64,000 nt of DNA from Auanema rhodensis (GCA_964057225.1 OZ059899.1:17918001-17982000); one strand, 5' to 3'; shown: positions 13,901-29,107, numbered from the stretch's first letter. The notes: generated by a model not told the origin, from the letters alone. Translations and numbers: made by a program.

Positions 13901-14323
13901 ATTAGATTCCCCATGTCCATATTAGTCTAAAAACAAATTTTTATTGATATTGGTGCATGGTAACCATGATTTTGAAATTTACGTGAACTTTAATTTATGC
14001 TAATTAAACGTACACGTGGTGTGCACTCGGTATGTAACTCGCTTCACGTGAAAGATAAAGAGATGCGGTTTTCAAAATTAGATTCCCCATGTCCATATTA
14101 GTCTAAAAACAAATTTTTATTGATATTGGTGCATGGTAACCAAGACTTTGAATTTTACGTGAACTTTAATTTATGCTAATTAAACGTTAAACGTACACGT
14201 GGTGTGCATTCGGTATGTAACTCGCTTCACGTGAAAGATAAAGAGATGCGGTTTTCAAAATTAGATTCCCCATGTCCATATTAGTCTAAAAACAAATTTT
14301 TATTGATATTGGTGCATGGTAAC
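7918..14323. repeat. Domain containing ten 183-bp monomers with a 7-bp tandem duplication (TTAAACG)x2
   Basis: TTAAACGTTAAACG at 7957, 8492, 9027, 9738, 10097, 10456, 12047, 12582, 13645 and 14180. All spacings equal n x 176 + 7. Confidence 0.93.
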
Positions 14324-14851
14324 AATGACTTTGAAATTTACGTGAACATTAATTTATGCTAATTAAACGTACACGTGGTGTGCACTCGGTATGTAACTAG
14401 CTTCACGTGTAAGATAAAGAGATGCGGTTTTCAAAATTAGATTCCCCATGTCCATATTAGTCTAAAAACAAATTTTTATTGATATTGGTGCATGGTAACC
14501 ATGATTTTGAAATTTACGTGAACTTTAATTTATGCTAATTAAATGTACACGTGGTGTGCACTCGGTATGTAACTCGCTTCACGTGAAAGATAAAGAGATG
14601 CAGTTATCAAAATTAGATTCCCCATGTCCATATTAGTCTAAAAACAAATTTTTATTGATATTGGTGCATGGTAACCATGACTTTGAAATTTACGTGAACT
14701 TTAATTTATGCTAATTAAACGTACACGTGGTGTGCACTCGGTATGTAACTCGCTTCACGTGAAAGATAAAGAGATGCGGTTTTCAAAATTAGATTCCCCA
14801 TGTCCATATTAGTCTAAAAACAAATTTTTTTTGATATTGGTGCATGGTAAC
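11656..14851. repeat. Tandem duplication of a 9-monomer block (period 1598 bp)
   Basis: Rare markers recur exactly 1598 bp apart: CATGATAACC at 11647/13245, CAAGACT at 12543/14141, and 7-bp duplications at 12047/13645 and 12582/14180. Confidence 0.88.
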
Positions 14852-17800
14852 CATGACTTTGAATTTTACGTGAACTTTAATTTATGCTAATTAAACGTAC
14901 ACGTGGTGTGCACTCGGTATGTAACTCGCTTCACGTGAAAGATAAAGAGATGCGGTTTTTAAAATTAGATTCCCCATGTCCATATTAGTCTAAAAACAAA
15001 TTTTTATTGATATTGGTGCATGGTAACCATGACTTTTAAATTTACGTGAACTTTAATTTATGCTACATAAATGTACACGTGATGTGCACTTGGTATGTAA
15101 CTCGCTTCACGTGAAAGATAAAAAGATGCGCTTTTTAAAATTAGATTCCCCATGTCCATAATAGTCTAAAAACAAATTTTTATTGATATTGGTGCATGGT
15201 AACAATGACTTTGAAATTTACGTGAACATTAATTTATGCTAATTAAACGTACACGTGGTGTGCACTCGGTATGTAACTAGCTTCACGTGTAAGATAAAGA
15301 GATGCGGTTTTCAAAATTAGATTCCCCATGTCCATATTAGTCTAAAAACAAATTTTTATTGATATTGGTGCATGGTAACCATGATTTTGAAATTTACGTG
15401 AACTTTAATTTATGCTAATTAAATGTACACGTGGTGTGCACTCGATATGTAACTCGCTTCACGTGAAAGATAAAGAGATGCAGTTATCAAAATTAGATTC
15501 CCCATGTCCATATTAGTCTAAAAACAAATTTTTATTGATATTGGTGCATGGTAACCATGACTTTGAAATTTACATGAACTTTAATTTATGCTAATTAAAC
15601 GTACACGTGGTGTGCACTCGGTATGTAACTCGCTTCACGTGAAAGATAAAAAGATGCGCTTTTTAAAATTAGATTCCCCATGTCCATATTAGTCTAAAAA
15701 CAAATTTTTTTTGATATTGGTGCATGGTAACCATGACTTTGAATTTTACGTGAACTTTAATTTATGCTAATTAAACGTACACGTGGTGTGCACTCGGTAT
15801 GTAACTCGCTTCACGTGAAAGATAAAGAGATGCGGTTTTTAAAATTAGATTCCCCATGTCCATATTAGTCTAAAAACAAATTTTTATTGATATTGGTGCA
15901 TGGTAACCATGACTTTTAAATTTACGTGAACTTTAATTTATGCTACATAAATGTACACGTGATGTGCACTTGGTATGTAACTCGCTTCACGTGAAAGATA
16001 AAAAGATGCGCTTTTTAAAATTAGATTCCCCATGTCCATATTAGTCTAAAAACAATTTTTTACTGATATTGGTGCATGGTAACCATGACTTTGAAATTTA
16101 CGTGAACTTTAATTTATGCTAATTAAACGTACATGTGGTGTGCACTCGGTATGTAACTCGCTTCACGTGTAAGATAAAGAGATGCGGTTTTCAAAATTAG
16201 ATTCCCCATGTCCATATTAGTCTAAAAACAAATTTTTATTGATATTGGTGCATGGTAACCATGACTTTGAAATTTACGTGAACTTTAATTTATGCTAATT
16301 AAACGTACACGTGGTGTGCACTCGGTATGTAACTCGCTTCACGTGTAAGATAAAGAGATGCGGTTTTCAAAATTAGATTCCCCATGTCCATATTAGTCTA
16401 AAAACAAATTTTTATTGATATTGGTGCATGGTAACCATGATTTTGAAATTTACGTGAACTTTAATTTATGCTAATTAAATGTACACGTGGTGTGCACTCG
16501 GTATGTAACTCGCTTCACGTGAAAGATAAAGAGATGCAGTTATCAAAATTAGATTCCCCATGTCCATATTAGTCTAAAAACAAATTTTTATTGATATTGG
16601 TGCATGGTAACCATGACTTTGAAATTTACGTGAACTTTAATTTATGCTAATTAAACGTACACGTGTTGTGCACTCGGTATGTAACTCGCTTCACGTGGAA
16701 GATAAAGAGATGCGGTTTTCAAAATTAGATTCCGCATGTCCATATTAATCTTAAAACAATTTTTTACTGATATTGGTGCATGGTAACCATGACTTTGAAA
16801 TTTACGTGAACTTTAATTTATGCTAATTAAACGTACACGTGTTGTGCACTTGGTATGTAACTCGCTTCACGTGAAAGATAAAAAGATGCGCTTTTTAAAA
16901 TTAGATTCCCCATGTCCATATTAGTCTAAAAACAATTTTTTACTGATATTGGTGCATGGTAACCATGATTTTGAAATTTACGTGAACTTTAATTTATGCT
17001 AATTAAACGTACACGTGATGTGCACTTGGTATGTAACTCGCTTCACGTGAAAGATAAAGAGATGCGGTTTTTAAAATTAGATTCCGCATGTCCATATTAG
17101 TCTTAAAACAATTTTTTACTGATATTGGTGCATGGTAACCATGATTTTGAAATTTACGTGAACTTTAATTTATGCTAATTAAACGTACACGTGGTGTGCA
17201 CTCGGTATGTAACTCGCTTCACGTGAAAGATAAAGAGATGCGGTTTTCAAAATTAGATTCCCCATGTCCATATTAGTCTAAAAACAAATTTTTATTGATA
17301 TTGGTGCATGGTAACCATGACTTTGAAATTTACGTGAACTTTAATTTATGCTAATTAAACGTACACGTGGTGTGCACTCGGTATGTAACTCGCTTCACGT
17401 GAAAGATAAAGAGATGCGGTTCTCAAAATTAGATTCCCCATGTTCATATTAGTCTAAAAACAAACTTTTTTTGATATTGGTGTATGGTAACCATGATTTT
17501 GAAATTTACGTGAACTTTAATTTATGCTAATTAAACGTACACGTGGTGTGCACTCGGTATGTAACTCGCTTCACGTGGAAGATAAAGAGATGCGGTTCTC
17601 AAAATTAGATTCTTCATGTCCATATTAGTCTAAAAACAATTTTTTACTGATATTGGTGCATGGTAACCATGATTTTGAAATTTACGTGAACTTTAATTTA
17701 TGCTAATCAAACGTACACGTGATGTGCACTTGGTATGTAACTCGCTTCACGTGAAAGATAAAGAGATGCGGTTTCTAAAATTAGATTCCGCATGTCCATA

Positions 17801-19779
17801 TTAGTCTAAAAATAATTTTTTACTGATATTGGTGCATGGTAACCATGATTTTGAAATTTACGTGAACTTTAATTTATGCTAATTAAACGTACACGTGGTC
17901 TGCACTCGGTATGTAACTCGCTTCACGTGTAAGATAAAGAGATGCGGTTTTCAAAATTAGATTCCCCATGTCCATATTAGTCTAAAAACAATTTTTTACT
18001 GATATTGGTGCATGGTAACAATGATTTTGAAATTTACGTGAACTTTAATTTATGCTAATTAAACGTACACGTGTTGTGCACTCGGTATGTAACTCGCTTC
18101 ACGTGGAAGATAAAGAGATGCGGTTTTCAAAATTAGACTCCCCATGTCCATATTAGTCTAAAAACAAATTTTTATTGATATTGGTGCATGGTAACCATGA
18201 TTTTGAAATTTACGTGAACTTTAATTTATGCTAATTAAATGTACACGTGGTGTGCACTCGATATGTAACTCGCTTCACGTGAAAGATAAAGAGATGCAGT
18301 TATCAAAATTAGATTCCCCATGTCCATATTAGTCTAAAAACAAATTTTTATTGATATTGGTGCATGGTAACCATGACTTTGAAATTTACATGAACTTTAA
18401 TTTATGCTAATTAAACGTACACGTGATGTGCACTTGGTATGTAACTCGCTTCACGTGAAAGATAAAAAGATGCGCTTTTTAAAATTAGATTCCCCATGTC
18501 CATATTAGTCTAAAAACAATTTTTTACTGATATTGGTGCATGGTAACCATGACTTTGAAATTTACGTGAACTTTAATTTATGCTAATTAAACGTACACGT
18601 GGTGTGCACTCGGTATGTAACTCGCTTCACGTGTAAGATAAAGAGATGCGGTTTTCAAAATTAGATTCCCCATGTCCATATTAGCCTAAAAACAAATTTT
18701 TATTGATATTGGTGCATGGTAACCATGATTTTGAAATTTACGTGAACTTTAATTTATGCTAATTAAATGTACACGTGGTGTGCACTCGGTATGTAACTCG
18801 CTTCACGTGAAAGATAAAGAGATGCAGTTATCAAAATTAGATTCCCCATGTCCATATTAGTCTAAAAACAAATTTTTATTGATATTGGTGCATGGTAACC
18901 ATGACTTTGAAATTTACGTGAACTTTAATTTATGCTAATTAAACGTACACGTGTTGTGCACTCGGTATGTAACTCGCTTCACGTGGAAGATAAAGAGATG
19001 CGGTTTTCAAAATTAGATTCTTCATGTCCATATTAGTCTAAAAACAATTTTTTACTGATATTGGTGCATGGTAACCATGATTTTGAAATTTACGTGAACT
19101 TTAATTTATGCTAATTAAACGTACACGTGATGTGCACTTGGTATGTAACTCGCTTCACGTGAAAGATAAAGAGATGCGGTTTTTAAAATTAGATTCCGCA
19201 TGTCCATATTAGTCTTAAAACAATTTTTTACTGATATTGGTGCATGGTAACCATGATTTTGAAATTTACGTGAACTTTAATTTATGCTAATTAAACGTAC
19301 ACGTGGTGTGCACTCGGTATGTAACTCGCTTCACGTGAAAGATAAAGAGATGCGGTTTTCAAAATTAGATTCCCCATGTCCATATTAGTCTAAAAACAAA
19401 TTTTTATTGATATTGGTGCATGGTAACCATGACTTTGAAATTTACGTGAACTTTAATTTATGCTAATTAAACGTACACGTGGTGTGCACTCGGTATGTAA
19501 CTCGCTTCACGTGAAAGATAAAGAGATGCGGTTCTCAAAATTAGATTCCCCATGTTCATATTAGTCTAAAAACAAACTTTTTTTGATATTGGTGTATGGT
19601 AACCATGATTTTGAAATTTACGTGAACTTTAATTTATGCTAATTAAACGTACACGTGGTGTGCACTCGGTATGTAACTCGCTTCACGTGAAAGATAAAGA
19701 GATGCGGTTTTCAAAATTAGATTCTTCATGTCCATATTAGTCTAAAAACAATTTTTTACTGATATTGGTGCATGGTAAC

Positions 19780-22700
19780 CATGATTTTGAAATTTACGTG
19801 AACTTTAATTTATGCTAATTAAACGTACACGTGATGTGCACTTGGTATGTAACTCGCTTCACGTGAAAGATAAAGAGATGCGGTTTCTAAAATTAGATTC
19901 CGCATGTTCATATTAGTCTAAAAATAATTTTTTACTGATATTGGTGCATGGTAACCATGATTTTGAAATTTACGTGAACTTTAATTTATGCTAATTAAAC
20001 GTACACGTGGTCTGCACTCGGTATGTAACTCGCTTCACGTGTAAGATAAAGAGATGCGGTTTTCAAAATTAGATTCCCCATGTCCATATTAGTCTAAAAA
20101 CAATTTTTTACTGATATTGGTGCATGGTAACAATGATTTTGAAATTTACGTGAACTTTAATTTATGCTAATTAAACGTACACGTGGTGTGCACTCGGTAT
20201 GTAACTCGCTTCACGTGAAAGATAAAGAGATGCGGTTTTCAAAATTAGATTCCCCATGTCCATATTAGTCTAAAAACAAATTTTTATTGATATTGGTGCA
20301 TGGTAACCATGACTTTGAAATTTACGTGAACTTTAATTTATGCTAATTAAATGTACACGTGGTGTGCACTCGGTATGTAACTCGCTTCACGTGAAAGATA
20401 AAGAGATGCAGTTATCAAAATTAGATTCCCCATGTCCATATTAGTCTAAAAACAAATTTTTATTGATATTGGTGCATGGTAACCATGACTTTGAAATTTA
20501 CGTGAACTTTAATTTATGCTAATTAAATGTACACGTGGTGTGCACTTGGTATGTAACTCGCTTCACGTGAAAGATAAAGAGATGCAGTTATCAAAATTAG
20601 ATTCCCCATGTCCATATTAGTCTAAAAACAAATTTTTATTGATATTGGTGCATGGTAACCATGACTTTGAAATTTACGTGAACTTTAATTTATGCTAATT
20701 AAACGTACACGTGTTGTGCACTCGGTATGTAACTCGCTTCACGTGGAAGATAAAGAGATGCGGTTTTCAAAATTAGATTCTTCATGTCCATATTAGTCTA
20801 AAAACAATTTTTTACTGATATTGGTGCATGGTAACCATGATTTTGAAATTTACGTGAACTTTAATTTATGCTAATTAAACGTACACGTGATGTGCACTTG
20901 GTATGTAACTCGCTTCACGTGAAAGATAAAGAGATGCGGTTTTTAAAATTAGATTCCGCATGTCCATATTAGTCTAAAAACAATTTTTTACTGATATTGG
21001 TGCATGGTAACCATGATTTTGAAATTTACGTGAACTTTAATTTATGCTAATTAAACGTACACGTGGTGTGCACTCGGTATGTAACTCGCTTCACGTGAAA
21101 GATAAAGAGATGCGGTTTTCAAAATTAGATTCCCCATGTCCATATTAGTCTAAAAACAAATTTTTATTGATATTGGTGCATGGTAACCATGACTTTGAAA
21201 TTTACGTGAACTTTAATTTATGCTAATTAAACTTACACGTGGTGTGCACTCGGTATGTAACTCGCTTCACGTGAAAGATAAAGAGATGCGGTTCTCAAAA
21301 TTAGATTCCCCATGTCCATATTAGTCTAAAAACAAATTTTTTTTGATATTGGTGTATGGTAACCATGATTTTGAAGTTTACGTGAACTTTAATTTATGCT
21401 AATTAAATGTACACGTGGTGTGCACTCGGTATGTAACTCGCTTCACGTGAAAGATAAAGAGTTGCGGTTTTCAAAATTAGATTCCCCATGTCCATATTAG
21501 TCTAAAAACAAATTTTTATTGATATTGGTGCATGGTAACCATGACTTTGAATTTTACGTGAACTTTAATTTATGCTAATTAAACGTACACGTGGTGTGCA
21601 TTCGGTATGTAACTCGCTTCACGTGAAAGATAAAGAGATGCAGTTATCAAAATTAGATTCCCCATGTCCATATTAGTCTAAAAACAAATTTTTATTGATA
21701 TTGGTGCATGGTAACCATGACTTTGAAATTTACGTGAACTTTAATTTATGCTAATTAAATGTACACGTGGTGTGCACTCGGTATGTAACTCGCTTCACGT
21801 GAAAGATAAAGAGATGCAGTTATCAAAATTAGATTCCCCATGTCCATATTAGTCTAAAAACAAATTTTTATTGATATTGGTGCATGGTAACCATGACTTT
21901 GAAATTTACGTGAACTTTAATTTATGCTAATTAAACGTACACGTGTTGTGCACTCGGTATGTAACTCGCTTCACGTGGAAGATAAAGAGATGCGGTTTTC
22001 AAAATTAGATTCCCCATGTCCATATTAGTCTAAAAACAAATTTTTATTGATATTGGTGCATGGTAACCATGATTTTGAAATTTACGTGAACTTTAATTTA
22101 TGCTAATTAAACGTACACGTGATGTGCACTTGGTATGTAACTCGCTTCACGTGAAAGATAAAGAGATGCGGTTTCTAAAATTAGATTCCGCATGTCCATA
22201 TTAGTCTAAAAATAATTTTTTACTGATATTGGTGCATGGTAACCATGATTTTGAAATTTACGTGAACTTTAATTTATGCTAATTAAACGTACACGTGGTC
22301 TGCACTCGGTATGTAACTCGCTTCACGTGTAAGATAAAGAGATGCGGTTTTCAAAATTAGATTCCCCATGTCCATATTAGTCTAAAAACAATTTTTTACT
22401 GATATTGGTGCATGGTAACAATGATTTTGAAATTTACGTGAACTTTAATTTATGCTAATTAAACGTACACGTGGTGTGCACTCGGTATGTAACTCGCTTC
22501 ACGTGAAAGATAAAGAGATGCGGTTTTCAAAATTAGATTCCCCATGTCCATATTAGTCTAAAAACAAATTTTTATTGATATTGGTGCATGGTAACCATGA
22601 CTTTGAAATTTACGTGAACTTTAATTTATGCTAATTAAATGTACACGTGGTGTGCACTCGGTATGTAACTCGCTTCACGTGAAAGATAAAGAGATGCAGT

Positions 22701-24355
22701 TATCAAAATTAGATTCCCCATGTCCATATTAGTCTAAAAACAAATTTTTATTGATATTGGTGCATGGTAACCATGACTTTGAAATTTACGTGAACTTTAA
22801 TTTATGCTAATTAAATGTACACGTGGTGTGCACTTGGTATGTAACTCGCTTCACGTGAAAGATAAAGAGATGCAGTTATCAAAATTAGATTCCCCATGTC
22901 CATATTAGTCTAAAAACAAATTTTTATTGATATTGGTGCATGGTAACCATGACTTTGAAATTTACGTGAACTTTAATTTATGCTAATTAAACGTACACGT
23001 GTTGTGCACTCGGTATGTAACTCGCTTCACGTGGAAGATAAAGAGATGCGGTTTTCAAAATTAGATTCTTCATGTCCATATTAGTCTAAAAACAATTTTT
23101 TAGTGATATTGGTGCATGGTAACCATGATTTTGAAATTTACGTGAACTTTAATTTATGCTAATTAAACGTACACGTGATGTGCACTTGGTATGTAACTCG
23201 CTTCACGTGAAAGATAAAGAGATGCGGTTTTTAAAATTAGATTCCGCATGTCCATATTAGTCTAAAAACAATTTTTTACTGATATTGGTGCATGGTAACC
23301 ATGATTTTGAAATTTACGTGAACTTTAATTTATGCTAATTAAACGTACACGTGGTGTGCACTCGGTATGTAACTCGCTTCACGTGAAAGATAAAGAGATG
23401 CGGTTTTCAAAATTAGATTCCCCATGTCCATATTAGTCTAAAAACAAATTTTTATTGATATTGGTGCATGGTAACCATGACTTTAAAATTTACGTGAACT
23501 TTAATTTATGCTAATTAAACTTACACGTGGTGTGCACTCGGTATGTAACTCGCTTCACGTGAAAGATAAAGAGATGCGGTTCTCAAAATTAGATTCCCCA
23601 TGTCCATATTAGTCTAAAAACAAATTTTTTTTGATATTGGTGTATGGTAACCATGATTTTGAAGTTTACGTGAACTTTAATTTATGCTAATTAAATGTAC
23701 ACGTGGTGTGCACTCGGTATGTAACTCGCTTCACGTGAAAGATAAAGAGTTGCGGTTTTCAAAATTAGATTCCCCATGTCCATATTAGTCTAAAAACAAA
23801 TTTTTATTGATATTGGTGCATGGTAACCATGACTTTGAATTTTACGTGAACTTTAATTTATGCTAATTAAACGTACACGTGGTGTGCATTCGGTATGTAA
23901 CTCGCTTCACGTGAAAGATAAAGAGATGCAGTTATCAAAATTAGATTCCCCATGTCCATATTAGTCTAAAAACAAATTTTTATTGATATTGGTGCATGGT
24001 AACCATGACTTTGAAATTTACGTGAACTTTAATTTATGCTAATTAAATGTACACGTGGTGTGCACTCGGTATGTAACTCGCTTCACGTGAAAGATAAAGA
24101 GATGCAGTTATCAAAATTAGATTCCCCATGTCCATATTAGTCTAAAAACAAATTTTTATTGATATTGGTGCATGGTAACCATGACTTTGAAATTTACGTG
24201 AACTTTAATTTATGCTAATTAAACGTACACGTGTTGTGCACTCGGTATGTAACTCGCTTCACGTGGAAGATAAAGAGATGCGGTTTTCAAAATTAGATTC
24301 CCCATGTCCATATTAGTCTAAAAACAAATTTTTATTGATATTGGTGCATGGTAAC
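19780..24355. repeat. Tandem duplication of a 13-monomer block (period 2288 bp)
   Basis: Monomers with GTGGTCTGCA (19956/22244), AAACTTACAC (21188/23476) and GAAGTTT+GTTGCG (21364/23652) recur at 2288 bp. Confidence 0.88.
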
Positions 24356-27300
24356 CATGACTTTGAAATTTACGTGAACTTTAATTTATGCTAATTAAAC
24401 GTACACGTGATGTGCACTTGGTATGTAACTCGCTTCACGTGAAAGATAAAGAGATGCGGTTTTTAAAATTAGATTCCGCATGTCCATATTAGTCTAAAAA
24501 CAATTTTTTACTGATATTGGTGCATGGTAACCATGATTTTGAAATTTACGTGAACTTTAATTTATGCTAATTAAACGTACACGTGGTGTGCACTCGGTAT
24601 GTAACTCGCTTCACGTGAAAGATAAAGAGATGCGGTTTTCAAAATTAGATTCCCCATGTCCATATTAGTCTAAAAACAAATTTTTATTGATATTGGTGCA
24701 TGGTAACCATGACTTTGAAATTTACGTGAACTTTAATTTATGCTAATTAAACTTACACGTGGTGTGCACTCGGTATGTAACTCGCTTCACGTGAAAGATA
24801 AAGAGATGCGGTTCTCAAAATTAGATTCCCCATGTCCATATTAGTCTAAAAACAAATTTTTTTTGATATTGGTGTATGGTAACCATGATTTTGAAGTTTA
24901 CGTGAACTTTAATTTATGCTAATTAAATGTACACGTGGTGTGCACTCGGTATGTAACTCGCTTCACGTGAAAGATAAAGAGTTGCGGTTTTCAAAATTAG
25001 ATTCCCCATGTCCATATTAGTCTAAAAACAAATTTTTATTGATATTGGTGCATGGTAACCATGATTTTGAAGTTTACGTGAACTTTAATTTATGCTAATT
25101 AAATGTACACGTGGTGTGCACTCGGTATGTAACTCGCTTCACGTGAAAGATAAAGAGTTGCGGTTTTCAAAATTAGATTCCCCATGTCCATATTAGTCTA
25201 AAAACAAATTTTTTTTGATATTGGTGTATGGTAACCATGATTTTGAAGTTTACGTGAACTTTAATTTATGCTAATTAAATGTACACGTGGTGTGCACTCG
25301 GTATGTAACTCGCTTCACGTGAAAGATAAAGAGTTGCGGTTTTCAAAATTAGATTCCCCATGTCCATATTAGTCTAAAAACAAATTTTTATTGATATTGG
25401 TGCATGGTAACCATGACTTTGAATTTTACGTGAACTTTAATTTATGCTAATTAAACGTACACGTGGTGTGCATTCGGTATGTAACTCGCTTCACGTGAAA
25501 GATAAAGAGATGCGGTTTTCAAAATTAGATTCCCCATGTCCATATTAGTCTAAAAACAAATTTTTATTGAAATTGGTGCATGGTAACCATGACTTTGAAA
25601 TTTACGTGAACTTTAATTTATGCTAATTAAACGTACACGTGATGTGCACTTGGTATGTAACTCGCTTCACGTGAAAGTTAAAGAGATGCGGTTTTCAAAA
25701 TTAGATTCCCCATGTCCATATTAGTCTAAAAACAATTTTTTACTGATATTGGTGCATGGTAACCATGACTTTGAAATTTACGTGAACTTTAATTTATGCT
25801 AATTAAACTTACACGTGGTGTGCACTCGGTATGTAACTCGCTTCACGTGAAAGATAAAGAGATGCGGTTCTCAAAATTAGATTCCCCATGTCCATATTAG
25901 TCTAAAAACAAATTTTTTTTGATATTGGTGTATGGTAACCATGATTTTGAAGTTTACGTGAACTTTAATTTATGCTAATTAAATGTACACGTGGTGTGCA
26001 CTCGGTATGTAACTCGCTTCACGTGAAAGATAAAGAGTTGCGGTTTTCAAAATTAGATTCCCCATGTCCATATTAGTCTAAAAACAAATTTTTATTGATA
26101 TTGGTGCATGGTAACCATGACTTTGAATTTTACGTGAACTTTAATTTATGCTAATTAAACGTACACGTGGTGTGCATTCGGTATGTAACTCGCTTCACGT
26201 GAAAGATAAAGAGATGCGGTTTTCAAAATTAGATTCCCCATGTCCATATTAGTCTAAAAACAAATTTTTATTGAAATTGGTGCATGGTAACCATGACTTT
26301 GAAATTTACGTGAACTTTAATTTATGCTAATTAAACGTACACGTGATGTGCACTTGGTATGTAACTCGCTTCACGTGAAAGATAAAGAGATGCGGTTTTT
26401 AAAATTAGATTCCCCATGTCCATATTAGTCTAAAAACAATTTTTTACTGATATTGGTGCATGGTAACCATGACTTTGAAATTTACGTGAACTTTAATTTA
26501 TGCTAATTAAACGTACACGTGGTGTGCACTCGGTATGTAACTCGCTTCACGTGAAAGTTAAAGAGATGCGGTTTTCAAAATTAGATTCCCCATGTCCATA
26601 TTAGTCTAAAAACAAATTTTTTTTGATATTGGTGCATGGTAACCATGACTTTGAAATTTACGTGAACTTTAATTTATGCTAATTAAATGTACACGTGGTG
26701 TGCACTCGGTATGTAACTCGCTTCACGTGAAAGATAAAGAGATGCGGTTTTCAAAATTAGATTCCCCATGTCCATATTAGTCTAAAAACAAATTTTTATT
26801 GATATTGGTGCATGGTAACCATGACTTTGAATTTTACGTGAACTTTAATTTATGCTAATTAAACGTACACGTGGTGTGCACTCGGTATGTAACTCGCTTC
26901 ACGTGAGAGATAAAGAGATGCGGTTTTCAAAATTAGATTCCCCATGTCCATATTAGTCTAAAAACAAATTTTTATTGATATTGGTGCATGGTAACCATGA
27001 CTGTGAAATTTACGTGAACTTTAATTTATGCTACATAAATGTACACGTGATGTGCACTTGGTATGTAACTCGCTTCACGTGAAAGATAAAAAGATGCGGT
27101 TTTTAAAATTAGATTCCCCATGTCCATATTAGTCTAAAAACAATTTTTTACTGATATTGGTGCATGGTAACCATGACTTTGAAATTTACGTGAACTTTAA
27201 TTTATGCTAATTAAATGTACACGTGGTGTGCACTCGGTATGTAACTCGCTTCACGTGAAAGATAAAGAGATGCGGTTTTCAAAATTAGATTCCCCATGTC

Positions 27301-29107
27301 CATATTAGTCTAAAAACAAATTTTTATTGATATTGGTGTATGGTAACCATGACTTTGAAATTTACGTGAACTTTAATTTATGCTAATTAAATGTACACGT
27401 GGTGTGCACTCGGTATGTAACTCGCTTCACGTGAAAGATAAAGAGATGCGGTTTTCAAAATTAGATTCCCCATGTCCATATTAGTCTAAAAACAAATTTT
27501 TATTGATATTGGTGCATGGTAACCATGACTTTGAAATTTACGTGAACTTTAATTTATGCTAATTAAACGTACACGTGTTGTGCACTCGGTATGTAACTCG
27601 CTTCACGTGGAAGATAAAGAGATGCGGTTTTCAAAATTAGATTCTTCATGTCCATATTAGTCTAAAAACAATTTTTTACTGATATTGGTGCATGGTAACC
27701 ATGATTTTGAAATTTACGTGAACTTTAATTTATGCTAATTAAACGTACACGTGATGTGCACTTGGTATGTAACTCGCTTCACGTGAAAGATAAAGAGATG
27801 CGGTTTTTAAAATTAGATTCCGCATGTCCATATTAGTCTTAAAACAATTTTTTACTGATATTGGTGCATGGTAACCATGATTTTGAAATTTACGTGAACT
27901 TCAATTTATGCTAATTAAACGTACACGTGGTGTGCACTCGGTATGTAACTCGCTTCACGTGAAAGATAAAGAGATGCGGTTTTCAAAATTAGATTCCCCA
28001 TGTCCATATTAGTCTAAAAACAAATTTTTATTGATATTGGTGCATGGTAACCATGACTTTGAAATTTACGTGAACTTTAATTTATGCTAATTAAACGTAC
28101 ACGTGGTGTGCACTCGGTATGTAACTCGCTTCACGTGAAAGTTAAAGAGATGCGGTTTTCAAAACTAGATTCCCCATGTCCATATTAGTCTAAAAACAAA
28201 TTTTTTTTGATATTGGTGCATGGTAACCATGACTTTGAAATTTACGTGAACTTTAATTTATGCTAATTAAATGTACACGTGGTGTGCACTCGGTATGTAA
28301 CTCGCTTCACGTGAAAGATAAAGAGATGCGGTTTTCAAAATTAGATTCCCCATGTCCATATTAGTCTAAAAACAAATTTTTATTGATATTGGTGCATGGT
28401 AACCATGACTTTGAATTTTACGTGAACTTTAATTTATGCTAATTAAACGTACACGTGGTGTGCACTCGGTATGTAACTCGCTTCACGTGAGAGATAAAGA
28501 GATGCGGTTTTCAAAATTAGATTCCCCATGTCCATATTAGTCTAAAAACAAATTTTTATTGATATTGGTGCATGGTAACCATGACTGTGAAATTTACGTG
28601 AACTTTAATTTATGCTACATAAATGTACACGTGATGTGCACTTGGTATGTAACTCGCTTCACGTGAAAGATAAAAAGATGCGGTTTTTAAAATTAGATTC
28701 CCCATGTCCATATTAGTCTAAAAACAAATTTTTATTGATATTGGTGTATGGTAACCATGACTTTGAAATTTACGTGAACTTTAATTTATGCTAATTAAAT
28801 GTACACGTGGTGTGCACTCGGTATGTAACTCGCTTCACGTGAAAGATAAAGAGATGCGGTTTTCAAAATTAGATTCCCCATGTCCATATTAGTCTAAAAA
28901 CAAATTTTTATTGATATTGGTGTATGGTAACCATGACTTTGAAATTTACGTGAACTTTAATTTATGCTAATTAAATGTACACGTGGTGTGCACTCGGTAT
29001 GTAACTCGCTTCACGTGAAAGATAAAGAGATGCGGTTTTCAAAATTAGATTCCCCATGTCCATATTAGTCTAAAAACAAATTTTTATTGATATTGGTGCA
29101 TGGTAAC

